Translations under genes and position numbers: made by a program
Assembly (NCBI RefSeq): GCF_000236685.1
Contig: NC_016633.1
Span: 3,143,815 to 3,167,814 of the forward strand
DNA: 24,000 bases
Reading direction: 5' to 3'
From: Sphaerochaeta pleomorpha str. Grapes
GTDB lineage: Bacteria > Spirochaetota > Spirochaetia > Sphaerochaetales > Sphaerochaetaceae
The notes under the pieces: generated by a model
What the model was told of the DNA's origin: nothing
Seen by the model: the letters and a program-made list of their open reading frames with translations, nothing else
Databases searched by the model: none
Part shown: positions 1-8,498 of the stretch, piece after piece
Layout of the letters: each line of letters starts with the position of its first letter
Position numbering within the stretch: position 1 is the stretch's first letter

Positions 1-132
1 AAAGAAGAAACATGAATTTCTTCATAGAGACGAGCCTATGGAATTTTTTCATCGGTTTTAATCCAGATATATGAATGACAACGACAGCAAAAGAGAACAA
101 GGGTGTCCCCAAAACTTTACAAAACCTACACC

Positions 133-657
133 TCAGGTTGATTCCATTTTTTTCTCGAAACGGAACATCCCCTCAAAATCATCACCCTTTCCGTCATCCG
201 TTTCATTTGGATCCTTGTGATGGGAGTTATAGAACTCCACGATATGAAACCCACAGCGATTCACGTAGAAGTGTATGTTTCTCTTTTCAAAGTAGGGAGT
301 GTAGGTCTCCCATATTTTAACCTGTGGGTACATTTCTTCAACAGCACACCAAGTTTCGTAGCCTATTCCTTTACCATGCACATCAGGAGCCACAAACAAC
401 AGATCCAGATGCCCTTTGCCCCCTTTTATATTTACTACCAACCCCCCGACGATCTGACCATCGGCTACAATACGATAGGCGATACCGTTCTTTATGGAGT
501 GCAGGATCGTTTTCCTGGAGATGATCTCACCGTCTTCTTCAAAATGATTATCCCTTAATCCAAATTCCTCCATGGCACCATATCGGAAAGCCTTCTGGTT
601 GTCCAAAACAAACTGTTCTGTTTCAGTACTTTCCAGAGGAAGTAGAAGTATTCTCAT
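133..657 (-). CDS. GNAT family N-acetyltransferase
   Basis: The tracked ORF 133..666 begins at a TTG. The first ATG is at 657 (MRILLLPLE...) with AGGAGG 9 nt upstream, overlapping the kinase stop codon. An acetyl-CoA motif-A-like segment LLFVAPDVHGKGIGYE is present, and the C-terminal FYVNRCGFHIVEF is typical of GNAT folds. Confidence 0.75.
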   Translation of the reverse strand: MRILLLPLESTETEQFVLDNQKAFRYGAMEEFGLRDNHFEEDGEIISRKTILHSIKNGIAYRIVADGQIVGGLVVNIKGGKGHLDLLFVAPDVHGKGIGYETWCAVEEMYPQVKIWETYTPYFEKRNIHFYVNRCGFHIVEFYNSHHKDPNETDDGKGDDFEGMFRFEKKMEST

Positions 658-671
658 CGTGACCAAACCTC

Positions 672-1979
672 CTATTGTTTTGGAAACAACAAAGTTATCT
701 CAAATACCATATCTGTCTGTTCCACCGTACATAGTCCATTCATTTGCTGCATTATTGTCTGGATGCTTTCAATTCCAATCCCATTGCTTTCCACCTGTTG
801 TTGTGAAACCATACATCCATTCAACACCGAAAAGCCACAATAGTTATCAGAATCAACAGTTACTATTCTGATTTCTGACGAAGGTTCCGCGTACTTTGAA
901 ATGTTTGAAATGATGTTCTCAAAAACTCGTTGAATATATTCGGTCTTTACCTGAACGAAGTAGGAACCCCACTCTAGATTTGAAACGACAAAAAAACAAC
1001 GTGCCTCCAAATCAGACACGAAGCTGTCGATTGCATCTTGGAATGCCTGCTCCATCCCGATAGGTTCAGTCTGTTTTGTATGGGAATTATCCAAGGAATA
1101 TTCGAACAGATGATTCGATATCAGCTTCATGTGATGTGCCTTTGCATCTATTTTCCTCAGATAGTCCTGAAGCTCAGAGTCCGTAGAATAACGATGGGAC
1201 CTCAGTATCTCAAGATACAGCATGATACCTGTAAGAGGAGTTCTCAGATCGTGTGACATTTCCGTCACAAGTTGTTTGTTCGCCTGATAGAGTTGTCGTT
1301 CAGTCTCCATTTGATGCAGGAAGGATATTCTCATTCTGTTCATGCTTTTTGCCAAATCCGTAATCTCGTTATTCCCTTCAACGGACACATGGTATTCCAG
1401 ATTTCCACCCTCAAGAATCTGCACCTCTTCATTTAACCGGCAGATGTAGTGGATCAACTTTCGATTGCCACGTAAGAAGAGAAACACGAACAAGACAAGC
1501 GAGACAATGAACGAAAGAGCCGTTCCAAGCAAATGATACTGGTAGGTGAAGTCAGAATACAGGAATGCCACAGCTGGCCCGTCTGTCAACTGCAGACTGA
1601 CCATATTGTTCGAATCATCTTTTCCTGCACCATAGAGAAGTTCGCTTTGCTGAACATCATAGAAGGAACTGTAGATACATTCGTTTGCACGATACAGCTC
1701 CAATAAGATTACCGGTTGCCGATACTCCCATTTTTTAAGCAATCCCAAATTCCTGTCGGAGATACTGTTTTCATTGATAAAATTCTGAAGGCTCTTTCCT
1801 TGCATTCGGATATGAGTCTGCTCAAAACCGGCCTTTTCAGAATAGTTATTCAGAAAAGTATCCATAGAATAGTAGAGAACGAAAAACACAATACCGCAGA
1901 TCAACACAGAGATTACTATCGAAAGTACAAATCGGCTTCTCAACCCATAAAGCTTAGGAGCATGGTTTTTCTGTTTCAT
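672..1979 (-). CDS. Two-component sensor histidine kinase (2 TM, HAMP-like linker, HisKA, HATPase)
   Basis: H-box MSHDLRTPLTGI and N-box ENIISNISKYA are present, with a G-box-like SNGIGIES. Two hydrophobic segments (FVLSIVISVLICGIVFFVLYY and LLGTALSFIVSLVLFVFLFL) flank a region of about 110 aa. The ATG at 1979 (MKQKNH...) follows GGGGGAAGGGG and overlaps the 3' end of the upstream regulator gene by 26 nt. The ORF is open to 2033. Confidence 0.85.
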   Translation of the reverse strand: MKQKNHAPKLYGLRSRFVLSIVISVLICGIVFFVLYYSMDTFLNNYSEKAGFEQTHIRMQGKSLQNFINENSISDRNLGLLKKWEYRQPVILLELYRANECIYSSFYDVQQSELLYGAGKDDSNNMVSLQLTDGPAVAFLYSDFTYQYHLLGTALSFIVSLVLFVFLFLRGNRKLIHYICRLNEEVQILEGGNLEYHVSVEGNNEITDLAKSMNRMRISFLHQMETERQLYQANKQLVTEMSHDLRTPLTGIMLYLEILRSHRYSTDSELQDYLRKIDAKAHHMKLISNHLFEYSLDNSHTKQTEPIGMEQAFQDAIDSFVSDLEARCFFVVSNLEWGSYFVQVKTEYIQRVFENIISNISKYAEPSSEIRIVTVDSDNYCGFSVLNGCMVSQQQVESNGIGIESIQTIMQQMNGLCTVEQTDMVFEITLLFPKQ

Positions 1980-2676
1980 AACGGTACCCCTTCCCCCAGA
2001 CATTTCTGATGTAGCATGGATTCTGGGGATCATCCTCTATTTTTGTGCGAAGCTTCCTGATATGTACCATGATTGTGCTGTTTGCACTGTAGAAATAAGG
2101 TTCATTCCATACACTTTCATAAATAGTATGTGTTGAGAAAATTCTTTGGGGATGTTGGATCAAAAGTGCAAGAATCCTATATTCGATTTCTGTCAGATCC
2201 AGGGGTACTCCGTTCTTCCAGACTTCATTTCGGTCCAGTGCAATTTTCAGCCGTCCTGAGGTCAGAATCTGGTCTTTATCCAAAGCCATCGTCTGTTTTT
2301 TTTCACGATAGACACAGTATCTACGTAGCAATGCTTTGACTCGGGCAATCAACTCTGCATAGGAAAATGGCTTGGACAGATAATCATCACCTCCGGCTGT
2401 AAGCCCTATGGTTTTGTCTGACTCCTGGAACTTGGCTGTAAGAAACAGTATTGGCACAGTGGAAGTCTTACGAATTTCCTCACAGACCTTTATGCCTGAT
2501 ATCCCTGGAAGCATAACGTCCAGTATCACAAGATCAATAGTATCGTTCATCTGGTGTAACGCTTCTTCACCTGAAGCAGCTTCTCGCACAATGTAGCCTT
2601 CTCCTCCAAGCAGAATACGAATTCCTTCTCGGATTGCCGGCTCATCTTCTACAACCAATATTACCTGTGAACTCAT
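1954..2676 (-). CDS. OmpR/PhoB-family response regulator (REC + winged-helix)
   Basis: Receiver motifs are ILVVEDEP, LVILDVMLPG, LFLTAK and YLSKPF. The C-terminal winged helix reads EYRILALLIQHP...IMVHIRKLRTKIE...IRNVWGKGYRY. ATG start with AAGAGG upstream. Confidence 0.9.
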   Translation of the reverse strand: MSSQVILVVEDEPAIREGIRILLGGEGYIVREAASGEEALHQMNDTIDLVILDVMLPGISGIKVCEEIRKTSTVPILFLTAKFQESDKTIGLTAGGDDYLSKPFSYAELIARVKALLRRYCVYREKKQTMALDKDQILTSGRLKIALDRNEVWKNGVPLDLTEIEYRILALLIQHPQRIFSTHTIYESVWNEPYFYSANSTIMVHIRKLRTKIEDDPQNPCYIRNVWGKGYRYETEKPCS

Positions 2677-2719
2677 GGGAGCATACCTCTTTTCCCTGTA
2701 TTTTTTACTATTCTTCCAT

Positions 2720-3169
2720 TCATATCAACACAATTCTTTCCTTGCCACAACAGCATTCTGAAATCGCCTTTTCAGAATAGAACAGCAAATCCGGCGTAGC
2801 CAGCTCACGAAACAAAGCAAAGGCAGTTGAGCCTTTAGCATCTGGGCGAACCATCGAGATAGGGAAAAGTATATAGGTAACAAGGTTCACGGATAAACCA
2901 TCAAAATGGGCAATAATGAACTGCAGACCATTGTCTTTCCTATTCTTCACACAAATGCGAAAGTTGGCAACCCAGAACAAATAACCCCTCAAGTTGGTCA
3001 AAATCGTCCAAGGAAGGAATGGAATGGCATCATCCGCAATGGTAGAGAAGCAGAAGTGCTTCCATTTTACTGCAATGTATCGACCATTGTCATAGGCAAG
3101 GATATTAAAAAAAGCTGTGCCGGAAAACAGCAGCATATCCCGTACTGACAAGAATGGATTACGTTTCAT
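2720..3169 (-). CDS. Hypothetical small protein, possibly a degenerate or truncated PAP2-like membrane protein
   Basis: The ORF is open to a GTG at 3193. The ATG at 3169 has GGAG about 10 nt upstream and overlaps the psd stop by 11 nt. The segment DDAIPFLPW recalls the N-terminal half of PAP2_3-type lipid phosphatases/synthases as I remember them. I see no catalytic His/Asp motifs, and the hydrophobic segments are interrupted by charged residues. Confidence 0.35.
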   Translation of the reverse strand: MKRNPFLSVRDMLLFSGTAFFNILAYDNGRYIAVKWKHFCFSTIADDAIPFLPWTILTNLRGYLFWVANFRICVKNRKDNGLQFIIAHFDGLSVNLVTYILFPISMVRPDAKGSTAFALFRELATPDLLFYSEKAISECCCGKERIVLI

Positions 3170-3980
3170 TTCGCAATACTCCAATTCCTTCACCTAAGGA
3201 GACTATCGTTTCTGCTACTCCCCCGAATGTCTTCATGGATGGGGGAAAGAGTTCAAGACGTTCTTTGATTGAAGGGGGCAAGAGAAGTATGATGGTAGAA
3301 CCGGCAAGTTCAAAATTCCCCATCTCATCCCCACGACAAACCCAGCCTTGTTCCTTTGCAAAGGCAACTCCACCAACCATCATGGCTCCCACCTCAATCT
3401 GTATGACGGTCTCAAAATGTACTGTTTCCAAAATACTCCACCACCTTCGGTTCAAGCGGTATACCGGGACCGCTTCGCAGGCAATAGGCTGAACGCTATG
3501 AAGTTCTCCGGGGATATAGTGGGTTTCCAACAGATTGGCGTCATCAAAACAGCAGAAATGATGATAGTCCTTTGCCTGTAACCGAAAGACAAGGCAAAGG
3601 CCATCACGATAGCATTCTACCCAATCCTGGTGGGGAATCAGATCATCCAGACGATACCTCGAGCCCTTCATGGGTATTATCATTTCGTCAGAGATGGGGA
3701 ACACTGCAAGCAACCCGTCGCAAGGACTGACCAACACCTCCGGGGTGGCAACATAGTGCGGGGTATCCTTTGACCTTGCAAAGAAAGCTGCAAAAGAATC
3801 ATATCGCTGACCTTCAAAGGGGGTCATATCCATCTTATGCCTCGCTATGTAGCCAGGAATCAGCATGCGTGACATATTTGTCTTCAGAAACCGAGATCCC
3901 ACACGAAACATTCCTGTGCGCATAATCAGTTTCATGAGAAAACGTCCCAAGGTTTTCTGATATAAGAAATCAATGCTCAT
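3159..3980 (-). CDS. psd: Phosphatidylserine decarboxylase proenzyme
   Basis: VSPCDG motif in the N-terminal half. A G-S-T self-cleavage/pyruvoyl motif (FELAGSTIILL) lies about 40 aa from the C terminus. ATG start overlaps the GT4 stop by 11 nt. Confidence 0.85.
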   Translation of the reverse strand: MSIDFLYQKTLGRFLMKLIMRTGMFRVGSRFLKTNMSRMLIPGYIARHKMDMTPFEGQRYDSFAAFFARSKDTPHYVATPEVLVSPCDGLLAVFPISDEMIIPMKGSRYRLDDLIPHQDWVECYRDGLCLVFRLQAKDYHHFCCFDDANLLETHYIPGELHSVQPIACEAVPVYRLNRRWWSILETVHFETVIQIEVGAMMVGGVAFAKEQGWVCRGDEMGNFELAGSTIILLLPPSIKERLELFPPSMKTFGGVAETIVSLGEGIGVLRNET

Positions 3981-5172
3981 ATCGTTGTACTCGTTGAAAG
4001 CTGTCTTCGGGGTACAGCCTTACTGTTTTTGTGACTGACTGATATACGCGTTCAACTGCATCAGCTAAATGCCTTTTATCAAATCTTCTGGCAATATCTC
4101 TACTGCAATCTGAAGCTTTGTTCCTGAAGATACGATCATTTTGGAAACACAAAACGGCTGTTTCGAACTCCTTTACCGTTTCAAACACGAATCCATTCTC
4201 TCCCTCTGCAATGATTCCCTGTAGGCAAGGAGCCTTTCTGCAGACAAGGGGAAGGCCGTTCGCTGCAGCCTCAACATAGACAAGCCCCTGTGTTTCACTT
4301 GTTGAAGCACTGACAAAGACATCTGCTATCTGATAGTATCTATGCACCTCATGTTGGGGGACTGCTCCAGCAAAAACCACATTGTCATTGATGTGTAAAT
4401 GCTCCGCCCAGTCTTCCAAACCACCCCTTGCCGGACCATCCCCAACGATGAAGAGTACAGTATCCGGTCTTTCATCCACAAACCATGAAAAGGCAATCAT
4501 CAGTTCATCAATGTTTTTCTCTACCCCGAGCCGTCCCAAATAGAGCATTACAAATGCATTCTCTGCAATCCTGTATCTGTATCGCAATTCCTGTATCTCC
4601 TCCTCGGTACTACGCTGTTGATGTTGCTCCAATGCGATTCCTGGCGGAATAATTGATATATTCTGCTCGACTCCATAGCCCTTCAGAACAGTAGAGGTTA
4701 TTGTTGAAGGGGCTATCACTGCACTGACATGTCTCAGGCATTGCTTTGAATACATGCGGACCAGATTCTTGCCAATCAGTTTATTTGAGATTATATAGCC
4801 AACATAGTTTTCATACAGAGTGTGATAGGTATGAACTATCGGTGAATCGGTACGCTTGGAAATGTGCCTTGCAAAACGAAATGTAAAGAACTCACATTGG
4901 CTATGAATGACATCAGGCTTCCATTCGATCAATTCATCGGACAGTCTGTCAAAAACTGCCAGAGATCCCCGAAGTTCTGGATAAATCCTATCCAAGGAAA
5001 AAGCCCTGATATAATAGACCTTGTCTTGGACAAAGCTGGAACAATCCCATGAGAGTGTCAGAACACGCACATCATGACCTTTGCTGCGCAGCTCGTCAAA
5101 TAGATTGTTTACTAAGGTCACCACTCCATTGGTGGAAACAGAATAAAGGTCTGTCGTAATCAATATCTTCAT
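3970..5172 (-). CDS. GT4-family (GT-B fold) glycosyltransferase, likely a lipid/diacylglycerol glycosyltransferase
   Basis: N terminus MKILITTDLYSVSTNGVVTLVNNLFDELRSKGHDVRVLT is typical of GT4. The C-terminal E-x7-E region is ETQGLVYVEAAANGLPLV. GAAGGAGAAG lies upstream of the ATG. Confidence 0.85.
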   Translation of the reverse strand: MKILITTDLYSVSTNGVVTLVNNLFDELRSKGHDVRVLTLSWDCSSFVQDKVYYIRAFSLDRIYPELRGSLAVFDRLSDELIEWKPDVIHSQCEFFTFRFARHISKRTDSPIVHTYHTLYENYVGYIISNKLIGKNLVRMYSKQCLRHVSAVIAPSTITSTVLKGYGVEQNISIIPPGIALEQHQQRSTEEEIQELRYRYRIAENAFVMLYLGRLGVEKNIDELMIAFSWFVDERPDTVLFIVGDGPARGGLEDWAEHLHINDNVVFAGAVPQHEVHRYYQIADVFVSASTSETQGLVYVEAAANGLPLVCRKAPCLQGIIAEGENGFVFETVKEFETAVLCFQNDRIFRNKASDCSRDIARRFDKRHLADAVERVYQSVTKTVRLYPEDSFQRVQRYEH

Positions 5173-5186
5173 TTACATCTTCTCCT

Positions 5187-5828
5187 TCAAGCCACCACAG
5201 AGGAAAACATCACATACAGGATTTCCATAACACCACAAAGCAAAATGCACAGCTTTCCCCTAATCTTGGGCTTTTTCAGCGGAAAGGGAAGCAGAAACAG
5301 AATTGACATACTGAAAAGTGCCAGGAGAGCAATGCTTGGTTCCAGAGACAGCTTATTGATGGTGGCATAGATGACCGGAAGAAACAGTGCAGAAAGAGTA
5401 ACTGGCATTCCATAACAGAGTTCCCTGGAAGTCGTGCTGTGCTTCTGTCGTTCCTGCTCATCTACGTTAAAATAGGCAAGCCGGATCAATGCACAAAGAA
5501 CATACAGGGCAGAAACCGCTAAAGCCAGATGGTTATAGTTCTTGTTCAGGGTATATACTATCGAAGCAGGAAGAATTCCAAAGCAGATCAGATCACTGAG
5601 GGAGTCTATCTCAATACCAAAGCATTTCTCAGGATTTGTACGTTTCCTTGTGGATGCGATGGCACCGTCAAACATATCGCAAAGCCCCGCAAACATCAGG
5701 CAAATGACGCCCCCTAGGACGTTGGCCTCAAAAGTAGAGACGATACCGACAAATCCAGTAAGCATGCCAATGTAAGTCAATACCACCGTATAGTTGTAGA
5801 AGCCCAGTAGCTTTTGTTCAAGATTCAT
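5187..5828 (-). CDS. pssA: CDP-alcohol phosphatidyltransferase, most likely CDP-diacylglycerol-serine O-phosphatidyltransferase
   Basis: CDP-alcohol transferase signature CDMFDGAIASTRKR...FGIEIDSLSDLICFG (D-x2-D-G ... G-x3-D-x3-D). Multiple TM segments. AAGGAG lies 7 nt upstream of the ATG. It sits next to psd. Confidence 0.8.
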   Translation of the reverse strand: MNLEQKLLGFYNYTVVLTYIGMLTGFVGIVSTFEANVLGGVICLMFAGLCDMFDGAIASTRKRTNPEKCFGIEIDSLSDLICFGILPASIVYTLNKNYNHLALAVSALYVLCALIRLAYFNVDEQERQKHSTTSRELCYGMPVTLSALFLPVIYATINKLSLEPSIALLALFSMSILFLLPFPLKKPKIRGKLCILLCGVMEILYVMFSSVVA

Positions 5829-5843
5829 TATAGTTTCTCCTTG

Positions 5844-6449
5844 TTATTGAATAAGGGAAAAGCCGAGGCTATATGCCAAAATGCACCAAGGTTTTCCCAG
5901 ACAGATTATCCAGGCAAATCGTCTGGCAGTCATTTTTGATACTCCGGTCAGATAACACAGGAAATCATCTGGGAAGAGTGGCAACAGCATTGCCAAAAAA
6001 AGAAATGCCGTATAGGAGTGGCTTTTCGATGCCCATGCAGACCATCTTTTGTACTTGTCCTGTGGAAACAGTTCCTGCAACAATGGCATTCCGAATTTTT
6101 TTGCAAGAGAAAAAGCAATGAGAGAGCCCCCACTAATTCCAATGTAATTACACAAGAATCCTAGAAAGGGGCCGAACATTACCGAGCCCACGGCACAGCC
6201 GAGAAAACCAGGAAGAATAGGTATAACAACTTGCAATGCCTGAAAGGAGGTTAGGAAAACTGGACCAAGTGCACCATATTGTCCAATAAACTTCTGAAGA
6301 GATTCTACAGAATTGAACTTTCCTTCAAAATACGCTTTGGAGATTATACAAACGAAACCTAAAAATGCAGCTACCAGAACGATGGAGAGCCAACGGATGG
6401 ATTGTTGGCGTTTTGTCCTCTGATTATTTTGCGTTTGATTTCGTTCCAT
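5844..6449 (-). CDS. TVP38/TMEM64 (DedA-superfamily, SNARE-associated/VTT domain) membrane protein
   Basis: The polytopic core VIPILPGFLGCAVGSVMFGPFLGFLCNYIGISGGSLIAFSLAKKFG matches the VTT-domain pattern. It is the first gene of the minus-strand run. Confidence 0.7.
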   Translation of the reverse strand: MERNQTQNNQRTKRQQSIRWLSIVLVAAFLGFVCIISKAYFEGKFNSVESLQKFIGQYGALGPVFLTSFQALQVVIPILPGFLGCAVGSVMFGPFLGFLCNYIGISGGSLIAFSLAKKFGMPLLQELFPQDKYKRWSAWASKSHSYTAFLFLAMLLPLFPDDFLCYLTGVSKMTARRFAWIICLGKPWCILAYSLGFSLIQ

Positions 6450-6544
6450 ATGATCAGCCCCCGTAACTGGACATTGTTAATCTGTTTTGTTCATGTTACC
6501 AAGAGAGAATTAATAATTACGTATAGCAATCCTTAAGAATTCTA

Positions 6545-6988
6545 AAGATTAGAAGCACAAGATACCTGAACAAGTAGAGAGTTTGCGCACTTTGTAACCT
6601 GCTTAGTTGAGTCGAGATGCATGATGAGGGCGTCAGGGGACCATTTGTTCCCCTTGGGCGTGTCTGTCATGAACACGAAGTGCTTGCTATTGCTGTCAAT
6701 CTTTTTAGCAGGCCCCTTGGCGGTTCCGTTCTCATAGTCTCAGTCCTAGGCAAAATCCGCATTGCATTCCAAAGCTTCAGTCAGGTTGGACTTTAGATGC
6801 CAGACGGACCCCTTTTTCTTTTCGTGATGGAGGGTCCTTCCACAACTTCCCAAGATTTCAGCGATTTTGCTGACAGTCGTTTTTTTCTGTAGCAACTTCT
6901 GGATAGTGAACTTCTTTTCATGGTTCGGATATGGTCTTTTCCTTAGGTTTGGTTTCTTCTCCCAAACATTTTGCTTTGCTGGTTTTTC
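6545..6988 (-). pseudogene. IS30-family-like transposase N-terminal remnant (HTH region only, no start codon, two in-frame stops, no DDE domain)
   Basis: The minus-strand frame reads ...NLRKRPYPNHEKKFTIQKLLQKKTTVSKIAEILGSCGRTLHHEKKKGSVWHLKSNLTEALECNADFA*D*DYENGTAKGPAKKIDSNSKHFVFMTDTPKGNKWSPDALIMHLDSTKQVTKCANSLLVQV... It follows the IS30 N-terminal pattern: HTH, then GTV..L, then Y.A..A...YE.N...G..K, then KWSPDA. In-frame stops lie at 6746-6748 and 6740-6742. The only nearby ATG (6921) is in a different frame. The frame ends at 6542-6544, long before a catalytic domain could occur. Confidence 0.55.
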
Positions 6989-7139
6989 CTATTACTACCG
7001 AAGGTTACCATACCAGACTATGGATTTGTTTTGATTTACAGCCATACCTGCGCTATAGTCAAAATAGCCAGAATGGAAGCGCAATAACGCTTGTTGCTTC
7101 TCGGTTTCCTCCTGCCTTTATGATTGGAGTCATATTTAT

Positions 7140-8498
7140 ATGCGTACAAAAAGATATGTATGGGTATTCTTGTCATTGTCAGTATGTATTGCGCTAACCG
7201 TTATTACATCCTGCGCAAAGGTGAATGGGTCCGAAGAAAGAGAAGGCCAACAGCAAAAAGCCTTTGTGTTCCAAGGAAAAACCACTTCTCCCATCACCTT
7301 TCTTTCTACACAGATGAATCCTGTTGAAGAAGCCGGGAAAATGCGAAAGGTTATATTGAAGGACTTTCCGGGCATAGTTGATTTCAGACCGAATGATAGC
7401 AGTTTCCTTTCGGTGCAAATCGATTCAGTCCTGGAAAAGGATCCCTCGGCATCTGTCCTTATAGGCGCGCTGCATGGAGACCTCCTTACCTTGTCCGAAA
7501 AAGACGCGCTACAGCCAGTTGATTCAATATATGGGAAATTAGCAGAAAGAAGCTTTCCCGAAAGCCTGTTGGAATTGACCCGTATGAATGGGAGAGATAT
7601 GTTTTATGTTCCTTGGATGCAAGCGTCTTTCGTGATGGTAGCAAATAAAAAAGCACTCGCTTACCTTCCGTTGGGAGCTGACCTCGATGAGCTTTCTTAT
7701 GAACAGCTTGCACTCTGGTCGAAAAATATTTTTGAACAGACGGGGATGAAGGCACTGGGCTTTCCATCTGGTGCCAAAGGCTTGATGCATCGGTTTTTCC
7801 AAGGGTATCTCTATCCATCCTTTACCGCAAGCACGCTTGTTAAATTCCGCGGGGAAGATGCAAAAAGAATGTGGGAATATTTCAAGGATCTTTGGAGCGT
7901 CGTGGCACCCAGCTCGCTGGTGTATTCGACGATGGCCGATCCTCTCCTCGCGGGAGACGTTTGGATTGCCTGGGATCATACGGCACGTTTGGTAAAGGTA
8001 TTCGAGAATTTGCCTGATGATTTTGTTGCTTTTCCTGCCCCTGTCGGACCTAAGGGACGGGGATACATGCCTGTAATCTCGGGGATTGCAATCCCTAAAA
8101 AAACAGTTGATATCCAGGATCCTTCTTTGCTCATGGACTACCTGACCCAAGAGGTGATCCAAAACCGGGTCCTGGCTGAAACCGGTTTTTTTCCTGTCTT
8201 GAATTCCTTGTCCGACAGTGGAATCCCAAAAAGTTGCAGGGACTTGAATATGGCCATAGAGAAACAAGTCAATTCGCAAAATTCAATCCTCACTCTTCTC
8301 CCGATTGGATTAGGTGAGAGCGGTGGCGATTTCGATAATTACTATATGCTTACCTTTTCCGAAATTGTCCTGGATGGGAAGGATATCCAGACAGTATTAG
8401 ACGCATACGCTCTTGAACTGCAAAAAATCATTACCCTGGAAAACGCATCCTGCTGGCTTCCTGATCATGTGGAAGGGAGGCCGTGCAAAATTGAATGA
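7140..8498 (+). CDS. Extracellular solute-binding lipoprotein (sugar-type ABC SBP fold), with no transporter genes nearby
   Basis: Signal peptide with lipobox MRTKRYVWVFLSLSVCIALTVITS|C. The ~430-aa mature protein has SBP-like segments (FYVPWMQASFVMVANKKAL, DVWIAWDHTARL, AFPAPVGPKGRGYMPVISGIAIPK). GGAG lies 10 nt upstream. Its stop lies inside the start region of the downstream kinase. Confidence 0.8.
   Translation: MRTKRYVWVFLSLSVCIALTVITSCAKVNGSEEREGQQQKAFVFQGKTTSPITFLSTQMNPVEEAGKMRKVILKDFPGIVDFRPNDSSFLSVQIDSVLEKDPSASVLIGALHGDLLTLSEKDALQPVDSIYGKLAERSFPESLLELTRMNGRDMFYVPWMQASFVMVANKKALAYLPLGADLDELSYEQLALWSKNIFEQTGMKALGFPSGAKGLMHRFFQGYLYPSFTASTLVKFRGEDAKRMWEYFKDLWSVVAPSSLVYSTMADPLLAGDVWIAWDHTARLVKVFENLPDDFVAFPAPVGPKGRGYMPVISGIAIPKKTVDIQDPSLLMDYLTQEVIQNRVLAETGFFPVLNSLSDSGIPKSCRDLNMAIEKQVNSQNSILTLLPIGLGESGGDFDNYYMLTFSEIVLDGKDIQTVLDAYALELQKIITLENASCWLPDHVEGRPCKIE

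Noticed and set aside
1-52. Possible minus-strand gene start (ATG at 52, MKKFHRLVSMKKFMFLL...) running off the left edge
   Set aside because: Only 17 codons are visible. It resembles a signal-peptide start, but that is too little sequence to call.
75-871. Plus-strand ORFs (81, 113, 66 and 99 aa) overlapping the GNAT gene and the kinase 3' end
   Set aside because: They are antisense to better-supported minus-strand genes, and their translations have no recognisable features.
6793-6921. 42-codon minus-strand ORF starting at the ATG at 6921 (MKRSSLSRSCYRKKRLS...)
   Set aside because: It is a frame-shifted reading of the IS30-like remnant. Its highly basic, low-complexity translation does not support an independent gene.
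7091-7124. TTGCTT ... TATGAT as a candidate sigma70-type promoter for the SBP gene
   Set aside because: The spacing is 19 nt, and the implied transcription start would fall at or after the GGAG ribosome-binding site. It is not credible as the main promoter.
6931-7327. Plus-strand ORFs 6931..7197 (88 aa) and 7124..7327 (67 aa) upstream of and overlapping the SBP start
   Set aside because: They lie antisense to the IS remnant or out of frame with the SBP signal peptide. They have no RBS and no motifs.
7539-8279. 246-aa minus-strand ORF, together with 7486..7818, lying inside the SBP gene
   Set aside because: It is entirely antisense to a well-supported CDS. Its composition is rich in R, C, H and P, with no recognisable motifs and no RBS. 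This is a shadow ORF.
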